Source of the DNA: a virus
Taxonomy: Duplodnaviria; Caudoviricetes
Virus record (IMG/VR): IMGVR_UViG_3300012983_000033
Location: 1 to 64,000 of that record
Length of the DNA: 64,000 bases
Reading direction: 5' to 3' (one strand)
The notes below the pieces were generated by a model. The model was given only the letters and a program-made list of their open reading frames with translations, did not search any database and was not told the origin of the DNA. The translations under genes were made by a program, and so were the position numbers. Below are positions 39,446-51,071 of this stretch, in pieces (within the stretch, counting starts at the first letter, position 1; each line of letters opens with the position of its first letter).

Positions 39446-40015
39446 TTAACCTCTGATAGCTTCGAGCTTAACGCCGAACTGACCATCAGGCATAGTATAA
39501 ACTTCAATTACACGAAGAACTGGACCGAACTCAGGAATAGTTGCTGTGAGTTTTTCATAGCCAAGTTCGCAAGCACCAGCGTAAACAGGTTTTGTAGCGA
39601 AATTTTCGAGAGCTTCCATAAGTGCTTCTTCTGTTGCGAATTCTTCTGTATCATAGCATACACAGTTTGTTGTGTATTTGTCACCTGCTGAAAGGTAACC
39701 AAGACGAGGATAGAAATCATTTACGCTGTTAAGTCTGAATGTCTTAAGAGCATATTCTCTCTCATCATACATATGTTCTGTGCTGTAGTTAAGAGCATAA
39801 ATGTCGCCTTCGGCTGGTTCTGCCTTATCTACGCAACGATTTGCGCCGTCAACTTTGAGGAGCATACCGTTTTCTAAATATCTGTCGTCTCCTGTAGCAC
39901 CTGTGAAAGTAGTACCAGCTTTATGCTGAGCAACTACTCTACCTGTACGAGGGAAGGCAACGAGATTTAACTCTAACTGGCCATAGCCATCTTTAGTGAT
40001 TTTCTGTAGAGCCAT
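39446..40015 (-). CDS. Putative capsid decoration or minor head protein
   Basis: LENGMLL motif; lies between protease and major capsid genes. Confidence 0.62.
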   Translation of the reverse strand: MALQKITKDGYGQLELNLVAFPRTGRVVAQHKAGTTFTGATGDDRYLENGMLLKVDGANRCVDKAEPAEGDIYALNYSTEHMYDEREYALKTFRLNSVNDFYPRLGYLSAGDKYTTNCVCYDTEEFATEEALMEALENFATKPVYAGACELGYEKLTATIPEFGPVLRVIEVYTMPDGQFGVKLEAIRG

Positions 40016-40036
40016 AATCAAAAACCTCCAATAAAA

Positions 40037-41431
40037 TTAATTTTTCTTGTATTTGCTCAGAAGAGCTTCTAAACTACCTTCTTCATACTCATCTGACTTA
40101 GGAATAAAGCCATTATGTGGTTCCTGAGCAGAGAAGATGGAAGGATCGTGAGCAACCAATTCAAGAGCAAGCTCTTTCTCTAAGTCGCTAATTGTGAACT
40201 CACCAAGTCTTGCGCGATATTCTTCGATTTTTTCTTCATCGAGACGAAGAGCATACTTATCAACGATAGCTGTTTTCTCCTTTTTTTCAACGCCTGATTT
40301 AAATGTATTGAGTTCTTCAACTGTTGCGTTGAGTCCTTCAATTGTACCGTTAAGTTCTTCAATCTGTGCTTGAGCTTCTGAAGCTTGAGTTGAGAAAGTA
40401 TCTCTTTCTGTAGTTAAAGTAGAGATTGTTTCTTCATTCTCTGCAAGTTTCTGCTCAAAACCAGAAATTTGTTCATCAGCTTTTAAGCCCTTTTCTACAG
40501 TATCCTGCATATTTTCATAAGTACCACCGTTAAGAGCCTGAACAGCCATAAGAGTGTTGTACTCTGTTTCTGTTACATCAACGATAAAAGCATCAACTAC
40601 ATCTCCAAGAGAAACTGTATCATCTTCATTCTTTGTGTAGTAAGCTCTTGAATATTTGTTTGTTTCATAGTTCCAAACAAGTGCATATTCATCGTAGATT
40701 TCGCAGATAGAGCAATCGATAGTCCAATTTCCTTCTTCGTTGAAATTAGGGTTTAAAGCACTAAAAAGTAAGTTGTGCTTCTGTCCATCTGACAACTTAA
40801 AATTAAGTGTAGGCATATCTTCTTGTCCTCCTTCATTAACTTGATAATTTTCTATTTTTTTGATTGCTTCCATTAAAGAATCATATAGTTCAAAGAAGGC
40901 AGCACCCTCAAAGCACGGCTCTACGGTGTCTCCAAGTACTTGGAGTCCCATAAAACATCCTTCTTCAAAAACAAAATATTTTGTACCATTGCGCATTTCA
41001 AAGTAACCTTTGATTGATGGCGGATAAAGTTCCATTGATTGAGATTTACCAATAATTTCAGTGGCTTCTTCATAGATAGCTGTGAATAAGAAAACATTAC
41101 AACAAGCATATTCTCTTAAAACACCATCTTCATCTAAATGAAATTCCCAAGCAAAATCCATTTTTGCTTCATCTGGAACAATACCATAAATGCGCCCGTC
41201 CGTTGGTTTGTCGTGTTTTCCGTAATCTTCTCCATCATATATGCCCTTAACAGGAGTATATGGAAGAGTTGCAATAAGTTTTTCTGCAAACTCCTCTGTT
41301 ATGAACGAAGCGTTACGATTTTCATATTTATAAAAGATACGACAACGACCCATAGAAAGTACATCATTATACTTTTTCAAATCGCCATAAATAACGACTG
41401 AAAACTTTGATAAAAATTCATTACCATCCAT
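40037..41431 (-). CDS. Prohead protease-scaffold fusion
   Basis: KH..GRIYG, QSMEL and GLQVLG..VEPCFEGA N-domain plus an acidic coiled-coil C-terminus. Confidence 0.78.
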   Translation of the reverse strand: MDGNEFLSKFSVVIYGDLKKYNDVLSMGRCRIFYKYENRNASFITEEFAEKLIATLPYTPVKGIYDGEDYGKHDKPTDGRIYGIVPDEAKMDFAWEFHLDEDGVLREYACCNVFLFTAIYEEATEIIGKSQSMELYPPSIKGYFEMRNGTKYFVFEEGCFMGLQVLGDTVEPCFEGAAFFELYDSLMEAIKKIENYQVNEGGQEDMPTLNFKLSDGQKHNLLFSALNPNFNEEGNWTIDCSICEIYDEYALVWNYETNKYSRAYYTKNEDDTVSLGDVVDAFIVDVTETEYNTLMAVQALNGGTYENMQDTVEKGLKADEQISGFEQKLAENEETISTLTTERDTFSTQASEAQAQIEELNGTIEGLNATVEELNTFKSGVEKKEKTAIVDKYALRLDEEKIEEYRARLGEFTISDLEKELALELVAHDPSIFSAQEPHNGFIPKSDEYEEGSLEALLSKYKKN

Positions 41432-42930
41432 TATGCTATTGACCCTCCTTTATCTAAAGATTCTTCCTTAGCTAAAGTAGTTTCTGCCTTTTCACTTTGC
41501 TCTTTTGCGGTACGGCCGCCGCCTTGTGCGGTTGGATCTTCGGCACCTTGGGTAAATGCTGACTAAAGAGGAATTAATAATTCAGAAAGTTCAAGAACAT
41601 CATTCTCTAATTCCTTAATATTAACTATATCTCTTTGTGATAAATCCATAGCTATCGCAGGAAGTATAAAACTAAATCCAGCATTAGCAAGTTTAAGAGC
41701 ATTGTCTGTATACTTAAAAGCATTATGATGTGTAATAGGAAGAATTGTATATTTAAAATTTACTTTTTTATTAGAAAAAAGCATATTTATGATTTCCGTA
41801 ACGAAAATCGAATATTTATAAATCAGGTTTTGCATAAAAGTCATATCGTTTGTGATAGAAGTATCTACAGCAGAACTGCTGTTCGCTTTAAATATCTAAT
41901 CACTAACACCTGTTTTATAATAAACATTACTTGCCATTTTTTCAATGGTATTTGTGGTAGCTTCAGATTTTGTGTTAGATGATACAACATCAACGTCCGC
42001 ATAAGTTGTAAGAACGCTAACGTTCTTATTGTGCTTCATCATCCCTGAAGTACCCTTATGAATTTCCTCTGCTTCAGGTGGTTCAAATAAAAGTTCACCA
42101 GTTGAAGTTAAATGAGGAATTTTCTGCACAATAATCTTTTTAATCTCTTCTGCTTCACGATCTAACTCATTAGCAATAGCCATATCATAATAAATCGTAG
42201 CAGGGATTATATCTAAAAACGCTGGTCTTCCATCTAAGAAAGAGAAATAAACACTAATGTTTGATGGCACAAAGAACCAAGACTTTCCACCTTTCTCAAA
42301 TTCTTTATAAGCTTTCGCAAAACACTTTGGAAAACTTTTGAGAACCGATTTACGCTCGTCTTCAGATATGGAGTTAAAATAAGTTAAATCAAATTCTATA
42401 ATGTCTTTTCCATTCAAATCTTTGTAGCGAGAAGCACAATATTTTGAGGGTAATTCAATTAAATGGAATTCCTTTGTATTTGCTTCTCCAACTACACCAA
42501 AGTAAGCACCATTAACTAAAGCTTGAACACTCATTTCACCAAAAAGTTTGGCTAAATTCATATTCTCAACATAGTCAATACCTTGCTTATATCTTTTCTT
42601 TACAGAGGAATCTGATAAAGAAGAGCCGAAAGTTGTGTTTGGAATAAGAAGACCTGCATACTTATATAAATAAGCATAGTGCATAATAATCTTCTTATAG
42701 AACCCATCTCTTGCAAAAAAGGTTCTTGACAAAATTCTCTTTTCCTCAAGGCTACCATCATTCACGATATGTTCGATTTCAGACATAGTATAATTCTTCA
42801 ATCGTTCAACTCCGTGGCGAGTGCTATCCTTTAAAAGATTTCCTAATGTAATAGACACCATATTTGAATAACTTTTTTGAAAATCCGCAAGAGAAAAATT
42901 GTGTAACTTTCTTTGTTGTGTAGTTTCCAA
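41431..42930 (-). CDS. Portal protein, 499 aa (TAG at 41896 and 41563)
   Basis: In-frame fusion; lies between terminase and protease; C-terminal GGGRP motif. Confidence 0.82.
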
Positions 42931-44736
42931 TTAAAACCCTCCCGAGAAAAAAGTTAATCGTCTGGTGGCGCCATTTGCGAAACGACGAGCTTTCTTTGTA
43001 TTGGCTTCTTCAAGTTCTTTAATTCGCCATAATCCATAAGAGAAAGCAGAATACTTATCCTTAGGGAAGCGCGCATTAATTTGCTCAAGAGTAATATCTG
43101 AAGAAGAGGTTGTTTTCTTCAAACGAAGATTAGCCATTTCCTCAAAAAGTTTTGTTGTCATTTCGTGTGGCATTAAGCGTTTTATTCTTTGCTCTGATGA
43201 CATTCTTTGACCTTTCTTTGTAGAAAGAAGCATAGTTTTAGCTTCCTATTCTTTTACTAAGAATCTAACCAATCCACTGTTGAGTCGAGAGAATGCGTTA
43301 CCATGAATTTTAGAGTTGAGAGCAGAGTTAGCTTTAATTCCATAAAGAATACGAATACTATCTTTTGGCTATACTTTTTTATAAACATCATCATTGGTAA
43401 AACCATACGCGGGAAGAATTTCTCCGTTTTCATCAGTATGTACGCGAATCATTTCATCTGCAAGTCCAACACCAAGACCGTTAGTATCTATAACAACTTC
43501 TCTTGGATTGAACGAGCGGATAATTTTCTTTAACTCAATTGCTTGTTGCAAGAAAGTTTTATGAGCCGAGTCTCTACCGAGCACGTATAAATTAACCAAA
43601 GTGCAATAATATTTGCCACTGAGAACGTTGATACGGAACACGCAGCAAACAGTTTGGTCATGTATTCGTCCAACGTCTACTGATAATAAGTAGAATTGTT
43701 CAGAACCTGCTCTACTAATTGCGTGCGTTTCTGGATTTTTAATTTTTCGATGCTTTTGCATCTTATCAAAATTAAACCAAGCCTCATCGCTCGCGCCAGA
43801 CCATAAACTCATATACTCGCGCGCAAAAGAGTCTTCATTAAACGATGGAGACATTTTTAGTTTATTGATGAAGTTTTTATCAAGAAGTCCATGTAAGATT
43901 GGAACTCGATAGTCACAACCAAAACAAAATGAGTTTTTAGGATCGATAATTGAGTTTTCAAAAACGTCAATTAATTTCTCATATGCAAACGAAGTCTTAA
44001 CGCCCGCAGATGTCATACATATTTGTTGTTGGTTTGGTTCTTTTTCATTAACTGTATTATCTGGGAGACGACGTGAAACGTTCATCAGAGGAAGCACAAC
44101 TTCGTTCAGTGGTTTTTCTTCGTGGTCACGAATCTCGTCTATTAGTCCACCGTGTCTACGTCCACCACGTTGTGAGTCGAGCGCACCAACAACGTCAAAT
44201 ATACTACCATTTCTAAATTTAAGGGTAACATAGTCTTTACCAAAATTACCCGGCATATCCATAATATCTCCACCAAGCACTTCTTTTCTAAGAAGAGGCC
44301 AGTGATTATAAATTTCCGCAATCTTTTCTTTTGCGATTTGAGCTGACTGGTTTTTATTCGGGGCGCAAATAAAGCGCTTGGTGCCCGGCATAAATACACA
44401 CTGGAGCATCATCGCAAGAATTGTTAAGAATGATTTTGAGAACGCACGGGGCGCAGTACCATAAACTTCGCGGTAGCGCATAATCGCACGTAAAGTAATT
44501 CTCTGATAAAAGAATAACGAAAAGTCATCATCTGACGGCTTAATTAAATCCAAAAAGATGTCAGGATAGGCAGAGAAAATTGAGAACATCTCGCATAAAT
44601 GATCGTAATTCTTAATAAGATAATCTTCTGTAAGAGCAACACCTTTCTCAATTTCTGTGCCGTCGCGCATACCTACAAGTATATTGTTCGTAATATCTGT
44701 AATAATGGATAAATCAATGAGCTTTTTCTTAGCCAT
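42931..44736 (-). CDS. terL: Terminase large subunit, 601 aa (TAG at 43369 and 43246)
   Basis: Walker A APRAFSKS, Walker B GLIDE, nuclease motifs SVDVG and KDKYSA. Confidence 0.92.
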
Positions 44737-45724
44737 TATTATCACCGTCCAAGTCAAGCTCAAACTCTTCACCCATCATTAACTTTTCAAAACCTTCGTG
44801 TTCATATAAATCAATATTTTCATCATAATCAATTCCAACACCATAAATATTTTCAGTGGCGTCAACGTGTTTTAAAGCTTCAATACGTCTTGTGATTTCA
44901 TCACCAATACCACTTTCATTTGTATATAAGCGCTGAACAAAATTCTAATAATTTTTAAGTGTCTCATCAACGACATCTCTTGTGACGTTATCATAGAATT
45001 TGTTATGCCAACCTCTTTTTTCGCACCATTTAATAACTTCACCGAAGCTATCAAAGTCATTAATATTCTTAACATTCTTTGGAGTAAACTCTGCTATCTT
45101 AACGAGTTTATCATACGAAGTCAAAAGCTTATCGTAATCAGAACCTTCTCGAATTCTACTATCAATCTCAAGCGAGATCTTACATATCTTCAAAGCTTGG
45201 TCAGTCTGAAGCGCGCCATTAATATTCTGGGTAGTAGTAAGACCGTTAAAAAGATTCTCAAGATATATCATATCTTCATTATCATATCCCGGTCCCCATT
45301 TCTATACCATCTTACGCTTTCTGTCTTCATCAAGCAAAGGAAGTTCTGCTTCAATCATATCACTATCTTCAAGAGCTTTAAACTCTTTATAATAGTCCGC
45401 CCATCCAAGACCTTCAAAATCTTCACTTAAGAAAACACGCGCATATGCTGGAAAAGCACCCTGCGCATTCATTTCTTTTATTCTTGTCCATTCTTTTGGC
45501 ACAAAAGGAATATCGGCATACTAACAAAGTTTATCGACCGCATCCCACTCATTATCATAATTATCAATAAATTCCTAAATACAGTCATTACACCACGGCA
45601 AATATCCGTTATAAAAAGGAGAGGTAGTGGGACTAAAGTTTTCCTCTCCAAACCGGCCGCCGCACTTTGTACATTGCTTTGTGACAAAGGTTTGATTAGT
45701 TTTTATTTTTGGCTAAAGTCCCAT
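44729..45724 (-). CDS. Zn-finger protein upstream of terL, possible small terminase, 331 aa (several TAG)
   Basis: CTKC...WCNDC N-terminus; fragments 45302-45502 and 44945-45271 are in frame; overlaps the terL start. Confidence 0.6.
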
Positions 45725-45728
45725 TTAA

Positions 45729-45971
45729 TCACTTCCCTTTAACAGTTTTCTTCATAACATCAAGTATATCTACTCTAACTGCTGGTTTAAGTTGAATAAA
45801 TTTGTCATACATCTCTGAGAAAACTTCTTCAAAATCTCTGGTTTTTTCAATATCATTATCTTCCGTAAAAGGAACACAAAGCATTTGAGCAATACCAATA
45901 AACTCAATTAATGTCATTTTAGATAAATATTTAACAAAGCGTTTTATTTCTTTATGTGTAGCTTGTTCCAT
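45729..45971 (-). CDS. Hypothetical protein
   Basis: AGGAGG RBS, 80 aa. Confidence 0.7.
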   Translation of the reverse strand: MEQATHKEIKRFVKYLSKMTLIEFIGIAQMLCVPFTEDNDIEKTRDFEEVFSEMYDKFIQLKPAVRVDILDVMKKTVKGK

Positions 45972-45986
45972 TTTAAAAATCCTCCT

Positions 45987-47333
45987 TTAAGATTTCTTGC
46001 GCTCACGGTCTGCTTTATCACAACATTTGCAACGATTAGTAAAACCGTCTTTTGCGCGACTTTTTCTAACAAAATTATAAGGGTCTCTTAAGAGGAGACG
46101 GCGGCAAGTATTACATTCCTTAAACTCCTCTGGGAAAAATAAATTCTCACAAACTCTTAAATGATATTTCGCTGCTTCAACTATAGCGGGAATAATTTTC
46201 TGGCGGAATATAGTTGAAATATAATTAACAGTATATGATTTGCCATACTTAGAGTTTATGGCGGCCGCAATCTACTAATTTTGATTACCCTTAATCTTAA
46301 AGTCAAGAATTTCTCTTTGGACTTCATTAAGTTCGGCAATCTCAACATAATACCATAGTGTGCTAAGGAAATTAGCAGTAGATCTATTTAGCGTTTCACG
46401 GTCGGCCGCATCTTCTAAGTCAGAAATCTATAAGAAAGCATTATAGATATGCTCTACCTCAAAAAAGTCAAAATAGTTAGATTCTGGGCGTTCTCTATGC
46501 GACCAAATTAGTCTAGAGAGTTGTTCAAGCTCTTTCTCGGAAAAATTCTTTGGTACAACCTCTGTAAGGGGCTTAAATAGTTTTTCTGAAACGAACCCCG
46601 GGGTTTTTATGCCTAAGGGAAAAACGGGAATATCTGCATCGAGAACTGGCTCAAAGTCTTTTGGATTTTGAGGGAAGCGACCTTGGCTGGAGTCGCGCAT
46701 TAGTAGGTTAGAGTATGAATCTTTGAATTGATATTGCTGTTGGCGCAATTCTACGAGAAGATGGCGCAATTTGAGATAGTGGTATTGTGATAGTTTTTCG
46801 GCTTTTGCTTTTAGAAGAAATTGATCTTCTTCTGTAAAACGTTGGAGAAGTTCTTCTCGTGGAGGATTTTTACGTTTATTGTGCGCGAGGTCATAAAAAT
46901 TGATGATGAGGTCGGTTTCGTCGATTTGACGGAAGAGAGCTTCGAGTTCGGGTAGAAGTGAAACGTCGATTTGCGCGCGGGCCTCATCTCGAGAGAAAAC
47001 GGTACGGGGAATTTTTGTACGAACTTCGCCCGGCCGCATAATTGTGTTTTCATCGAAGGTAGGGGATTCAATTAGTGCGTCGAGAGATTCGACATTTTCA
47101 GAGTTTGACCATAGTTTCGATTTAGTATCTATCTCAAACTCTTTTCGTTGTACGGCGTTTTTGCCGTCGTCTCTATTTTTACCCCATAGTATATAGTTTG
47201 ATATAGTTTCTAATTCTTCTTTAGAGGGAGGGGTAGTAACGAATTGTTGTTGTGTTAGGTAGTTATTGACGAAGTCTGCGCGCTCGTCAATAAATTCGAG
47301 GGAAAAATCAAGTTTTAGTCTATTATAAGCCAT
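45987..47333 (-). CDS. Putative DNA-binding protein with HTH-like segment and C-terminal Zn ribbon, 448 aa
   Basis: Read-through of TAG 46428 and tandem TAG-TAG at 46272-46277 gives N(QQ)IAAAINSKYGKSYTVNYISTI and CNTC...RCKCC. Confidence 0.68.
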
Positions 47334-47893
47334 ATTAGTAGGCCTCCATATTATAAGTAGAGTAGTAAGAAGAGAAGTAAACAAAGGGTTAGTAAAAAGT
47401 TTTAGATGTGGATTAAGGTCTTTACTTACCTGTTTACTTTTTCGTTCTTCCTATTAAAAGTATACTAAAATTTTAGTAGTGTGTCAAATTTTTTTATCGG
47501 AAATTAACGGGGAGGGAATAGTTGGCGGGTCCCATTTTGAAAAATTCATTTCGTGGGGAATTGTTTTCAGGGGATTACGATTTAAAACAGAACATTTATT
47601 CAGTTTTCTAAATTACTCCCCCGTACATTTGTTCGGTAAATGTCAATAATAATAAAATTTTCTGAAATCGGTTGCAGTCGCAAAATATTGCGAAATTTGC
47701 CCATTAAATTAATTTTCTATTTCAAGCGGTTAAATTATACCATAAAAACAAAAATGCGTTTATGGGCGTATTTTCGCAACATTTCGGAAATAAAAAAATT
47801 TTTAAAAAAATCAAAAAAATTTTAAAAAAAGTATTGACAATATAATTTTATTGTGATATACTTGTATCAAGATAAAGAAAGGCGGTCATCAAT

Positions 47894-48298
47894 ATGACAT
47901 CAACACAATTCAAAGCAATTCAGACAACAGAAAACTATAACAACGGACAAAAGGCAGAGCAGATCGCCCGCTTTAATATGACGGGTGAATTTTGCAAGGC
48001 AGACAACAAAAAAGCAACAGAGTGCGGCGACTGTATGGGCTATCAAATCAAATCTGCAAGAGCCACAATCTGCAAGGGTACAGACATCGCAGCCCACATC
48101 GAAAGCGACGCAGCAATCGGTTACATCTACATCACAAAAGAGCTTGTAGCCTACACAATGAGCAAAGCCGAATATCTTGAGTTTGCAACACTGTTCGCAA
48201 CGCTCACAAGAGAGAGCACCAAGAACGGCGGAGCCGAAAAGATGAGATTCAAAAGCGAAAGTAAGACACTTCTTGAGTGGCTCAGAGCAAGAGCCTGA
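47894..48298 (+). CDS. Hypothetical protein, possible PD-(D/E)xK-like fold
   Basis: Own promoter and RBS; NNGQKAE...GD...YQIK. Confidence 0.6.
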   Translation: MTSTQFKAIQTTENYNNGQKAEQIARFNMTGEFCKADNKKATECGDCMGYQIKSARATICKGTDIAAHIESDAAIGYIYITKELVAYTMSKAEYLEFATLFATLTRESTKNGGAEKMRFKSESKTLLEWLRARA

Positions 48299-48350
48299 GC
48301 CACTCCCACAAACCACAACAACAATAACAATACAAAAGGAGATAATTAAA

Positions 48351-48533
48351 ATGGATAAATTTGAAAAGGTAATGTTCACAATCACAGCAGTAATAATCGC
48401 AGGTATAATTGCTTTAGCAATATGGGCTTGCGTAGAGTGTGCAGGCACTGATGTAGATACAACACTCACAAACACAAACACAATCATCACAAGTACAAAT
48501 GCGATAATCAATACGGTTAGAACAGTGTTCTAA
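48351..48533 (+). CDS. Small single-TM membrane protein
   Basis: AGGAG RBS; hydrophobic stretch ITAVIIAGIIALAIW. Confidence 0.65.
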   Translation: MDKFEKVMFTITAVIIAGIIALAIWACVECAGTDVDTTLTNTNTIITSTNAIINTVRTVF

Positions 48534-48797
48534 CCGTAAACCTTTATTATTAAAACGAACATTTGTTCACTCATATAAACGAACATTTGTTCACTTCATC
48601 TTGCCCGGGCGACCCGCTTTAGCGAGTTAAAGCGTTAAAGCATAAGGAAGCCCCGCTTTCACGCTTTAAAGCGTTAAAGTGTCAAGTACCACAATGAGCA
48701 AAGTCCCATTAGTTGGACTATGTATATATGATGTATTGTATATTAGGTGTAAGTATGTTATACTATGTATGTAATCAAGAGAGATTGAAAGGAAGTA

Positions 48798-49256
48798 ATG
48801 ATAATGACAAAAGCAATATACTTTGATATGGATGGCACAATCGCAGACTTATATGCAGTTAATGATTGGTTGCCTATGTTAAGAGCCTATGACCCTAAAC
48901 CCTATGCACAGGCAAAACCACTTGTAAATATGCAAGTGTTAGCAAGGTTGTTAAACAGATTGAAAGCAAATGGTTATCACATTGGTATTATCAGTTGGTT
49001 ATCAAAAGAGAGTACAACAGAGTATGACAATGCAGTAACAAAAGCAAAGATTGAATGGCTTAACAAACATCTTAAAAGCGTTGAATGGGATGAAGTCAAC
49101 ATAGTTGCTTATGGTACACCAAAACAGAACATCGTCACTTATAACAATGGTATCTTGTTTGATGATGAACTTAATAATCGAGTTAATTGGGTAGGTACTG
49201 CATACGATGTTGATAACATCATTGAAGTATTAAAAGGGGTATTACATACAATGTAA
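48798..49256 (+). CDS. HAD-superfamily phosphatase (5'-nucleotidase-like)
   Basis: YFDMDGT motif I and ILFDD motif IV. Confidence 0.82.
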   Translation: MIMTKAIYFDMDGTIADLYAVNDWLPMLRAYDPKPYAQAKPLVNMQVLARLLNRLKANGYHIGIISWLSKESTTEYDNAVTKAKIEWLNKHLKSVEWDEVNIVAYGTPKQNIVTYNNGILFDDELNNRVNWVGTAYDVDNIIEVLKGVLHTM

Positions 49257-49387
49257 TATCCCTATTGCCCTACAAGGGCGGGCGGTGATGAAACACGCGG
49301 GTCAGTTGTAATTATAATGATAAAAAGACTTGACAAAAAGATATATATATGATATAATATATATGTAATAAGAAAGGGGTGTTATAT

Positions 49388-49585
49388 ATGACAGAACTTG
49401 AAAAAATGATTGATGTACTTGAAAAAAGTGGATATAGAAGAAACAATGGCTATTTTGTGCAATATGGTATTGAAAGAGATACTCTCACAATTTATAAGGA
49501 AGTTAGGGTAGATTGGTATTCTACTGAAACAATTGAAACAAATTTTGAGTATAACAAAATGGGTGAATTAGTTGAAATTTGGTAA
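49388..49585 (+). CDS. Hypothetical protein
   Basis: Promoter 49330 and RBS. Confidence 0.7.
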   Translation: MTELEKMIDVLEKSGYRRNNGYFVQYGIERDTLTIYKEVRVDWYSTETIETNFEYNKMGELVEIW

Positions 49586-49597
49586 AGGGTGAAAAAT

Positions 49598-49780
49598 ATG
49601 GAAAAATATCAGAAAATCAATAATCAAATTCATAAAGTAAATTATAAAATTTTTAAAAAGGCAAATGAAATCTATTACGGAAATTTTCCGAAATTTTTCA
49701 AAAATTTTCTTTTAAAGAAATATTGCAAAAAGATGAAAATTTCTGTTGATGATTTTATGATGTGGGAAAAATTTTGTTGA
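49598..49780 (+). CDS. Small basic hypothetical protein
   Basis: GGGTG RBS; ends inside a hairpin. Confidence 0.6.
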   Translation: MEKYQKINNQIHKVNYKIFKKANEIYYGNFPKFFKNFLLKKYCKKMKISVDDFMMWEKFC

Positions 49781-49966
49781 ATTTTTCCCAAAAATCTGCC
49801 CGCTTTAGCACTTTAAAGCGTTAAAGTGCTCGGGCAGAAAATACCGAACATTTGTTCGGTTGCGTTAAAAAATTTTTTTACATTTTTTCTAAAAAAAGTA
49901 TTGACAAAATAAAATTTATGTGTTATAATAATATCAAGATAAAGATAAAAAAGGAGATAAAAAATT

Positions 49967-50125
49967 ATGAAAAAAATTCTTAAAGTGATAATTCTTCTTG
50001 TGGCAATTGTTGGAACTTTTTGGTACACTATGGATAATTTGCACATTACAGTAAACACAGAAGAAAAGGGTGCAATGGTGGAATGTTTTGGTCAAGTGTG
50101 GTATCACGAAGTAGAAATAATTTAA
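49967..50125 (+). CDS. 52-aa protein with N-terminal signal or TM segment
   Basis: Promoter 49901 and AAGGAG RBS; MKKILKVIILLVAIVGTFW. Confidence 0.7.
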   Translation: MKKILKVIILLVAIVGTFWYTMDNLHITVNTEEKGAMVECFGQVWYHEVEII

Positions 50126-50204
50126 AAAATTTCTACAAAAGGTATTGACAAGTCGGACAATATATGATATAATAATTACAGAAAGAAACGAAAGGAAGAT
50201 AAAA

Positions 50205-50345
50205 ATGTTTACAGTAGAAGTTAGAAAAGATTGGCACTCAGATTGGGAACTTTGGGGAACTTATTCAACACGAAATGAAGCAAACGAAATGGCAATAATT
50301 GCTCTTGAAGAAAATGTTGATGTTTTCGTTGAAGAAATTAAATAA
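50205..50345 (+). CDS. 46-aa hypothetical protein
   Basis: Promoter 50145 and AAGGA RBS. Confidence 0.68.
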   Translation: MFTVEVRKDWHSDWELWGTYSTRNEANEMAIIALEENVDVFVEEIK

Positions 50346-50437
50346 AAAATTTCTTCAACTTTTTTCCAAAAAACTATTGACAAATGCCCGCTTTTATGAT
50401 ATAATAGTATCAAGATAAAGGAAAGGAAATGATAAAT

Positions 50438-50566
50438 ATGACACTTACAAGAAACGAAAAACACTATCTCACAGAAATGCAGATTGATTGGGTTGAAAGA
50501 TTTGGAAGAACTCCCACAAAAGAAGAAATGGAAAATGCAATAAAAAATTTAAGAAAAAGGGGTTGA
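50438..50566 (+). CDS. 42-aa hypothetical protein
   Basis: Promoter 50377 and RBS; TGA stop overlaps the next -35 TTGACA. Confidence 0.65.
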   Translation: MTLTRNEKHYLTEMQIDWVERFGRTPTKEEMENAIKNLRKRG

Positions 50567-50624
50567 CAAACAACTCTTTTTATGGTATAATAATTACAGA
50601 AAGAAACGAAAGGGGTCAATTAAA

Positions 50625-50807
50625 ATGACAGAAAAAAGACAGAAATTACTTGATAGAATAATCCGTATTTATGGTTACGAACACGAAATCACAATTGATT
50701 TTGCAAAGATGTGTGAAAACTATCCTAACGGAGAAAATTGTGAAAAGGCACTTGAAACACTCGTAAAAATCCACGAAAGTAGACCTTACACAGAAGACGA
50801 TGAATAA
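50625..50807 (+). CDS. Hypothetical protein
   Basis: Promoter 50563 and RBS; hairpin plus T-tract at the end. Confidence 0.72.
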   Translation: MTEKRQKLLDRIIRIYGYEHEITIDFAKMCENYPNGENCEKALETLVKIHESRPYTEDDE

Positions 50808-51071
50808 TCGTCTTTTATTTTTACGAACAAACCGAACATTTGTTCGGTCTGCCCGGGCGAGCACTTTAGCGGTTTAAAGTGCTAAAGTTTAAATGCGGTC
50901 GCTCTTCCACAATACCATTATATCACAATATAGTCAAATAGTCAATAGTCAAAATGCACAAATATTTTTTCTTTTATTTGTGCAACTTTTTTTGAAAAAA
51001 AGGGTTGACAAGTCCGTCAATATATGGTATACTATATATGTAATCAAGAGAAACGAAAGGACTTGAAGAAA

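Noticed and set aside
8688-47333. Pseudogenised or frameshifted structural genes (decayed prophage)
   Set aside because: Fragments are all in frame and broken only by TAG, which indicates recoding rather than decay
47900-48511. 203-aa minus-strand ORF and other antisense track ORFs
   Set aside because: They shadow genes with clear promoters and RBS and lack their own signals
49802-49830. CIRCE (HrcA) operator
   Set aside because: Arms read TTAGCACTT/AAGTGCTCG with a 10-nt spacer, and other copies diverge further; kept only as an unknown motif
50930-50953. CtsR box (AGTCAAA repeats)
   Set aside because: Heptad spacing is 0-1 nt rather than 3; better explained as the -35 of an inverted promoter
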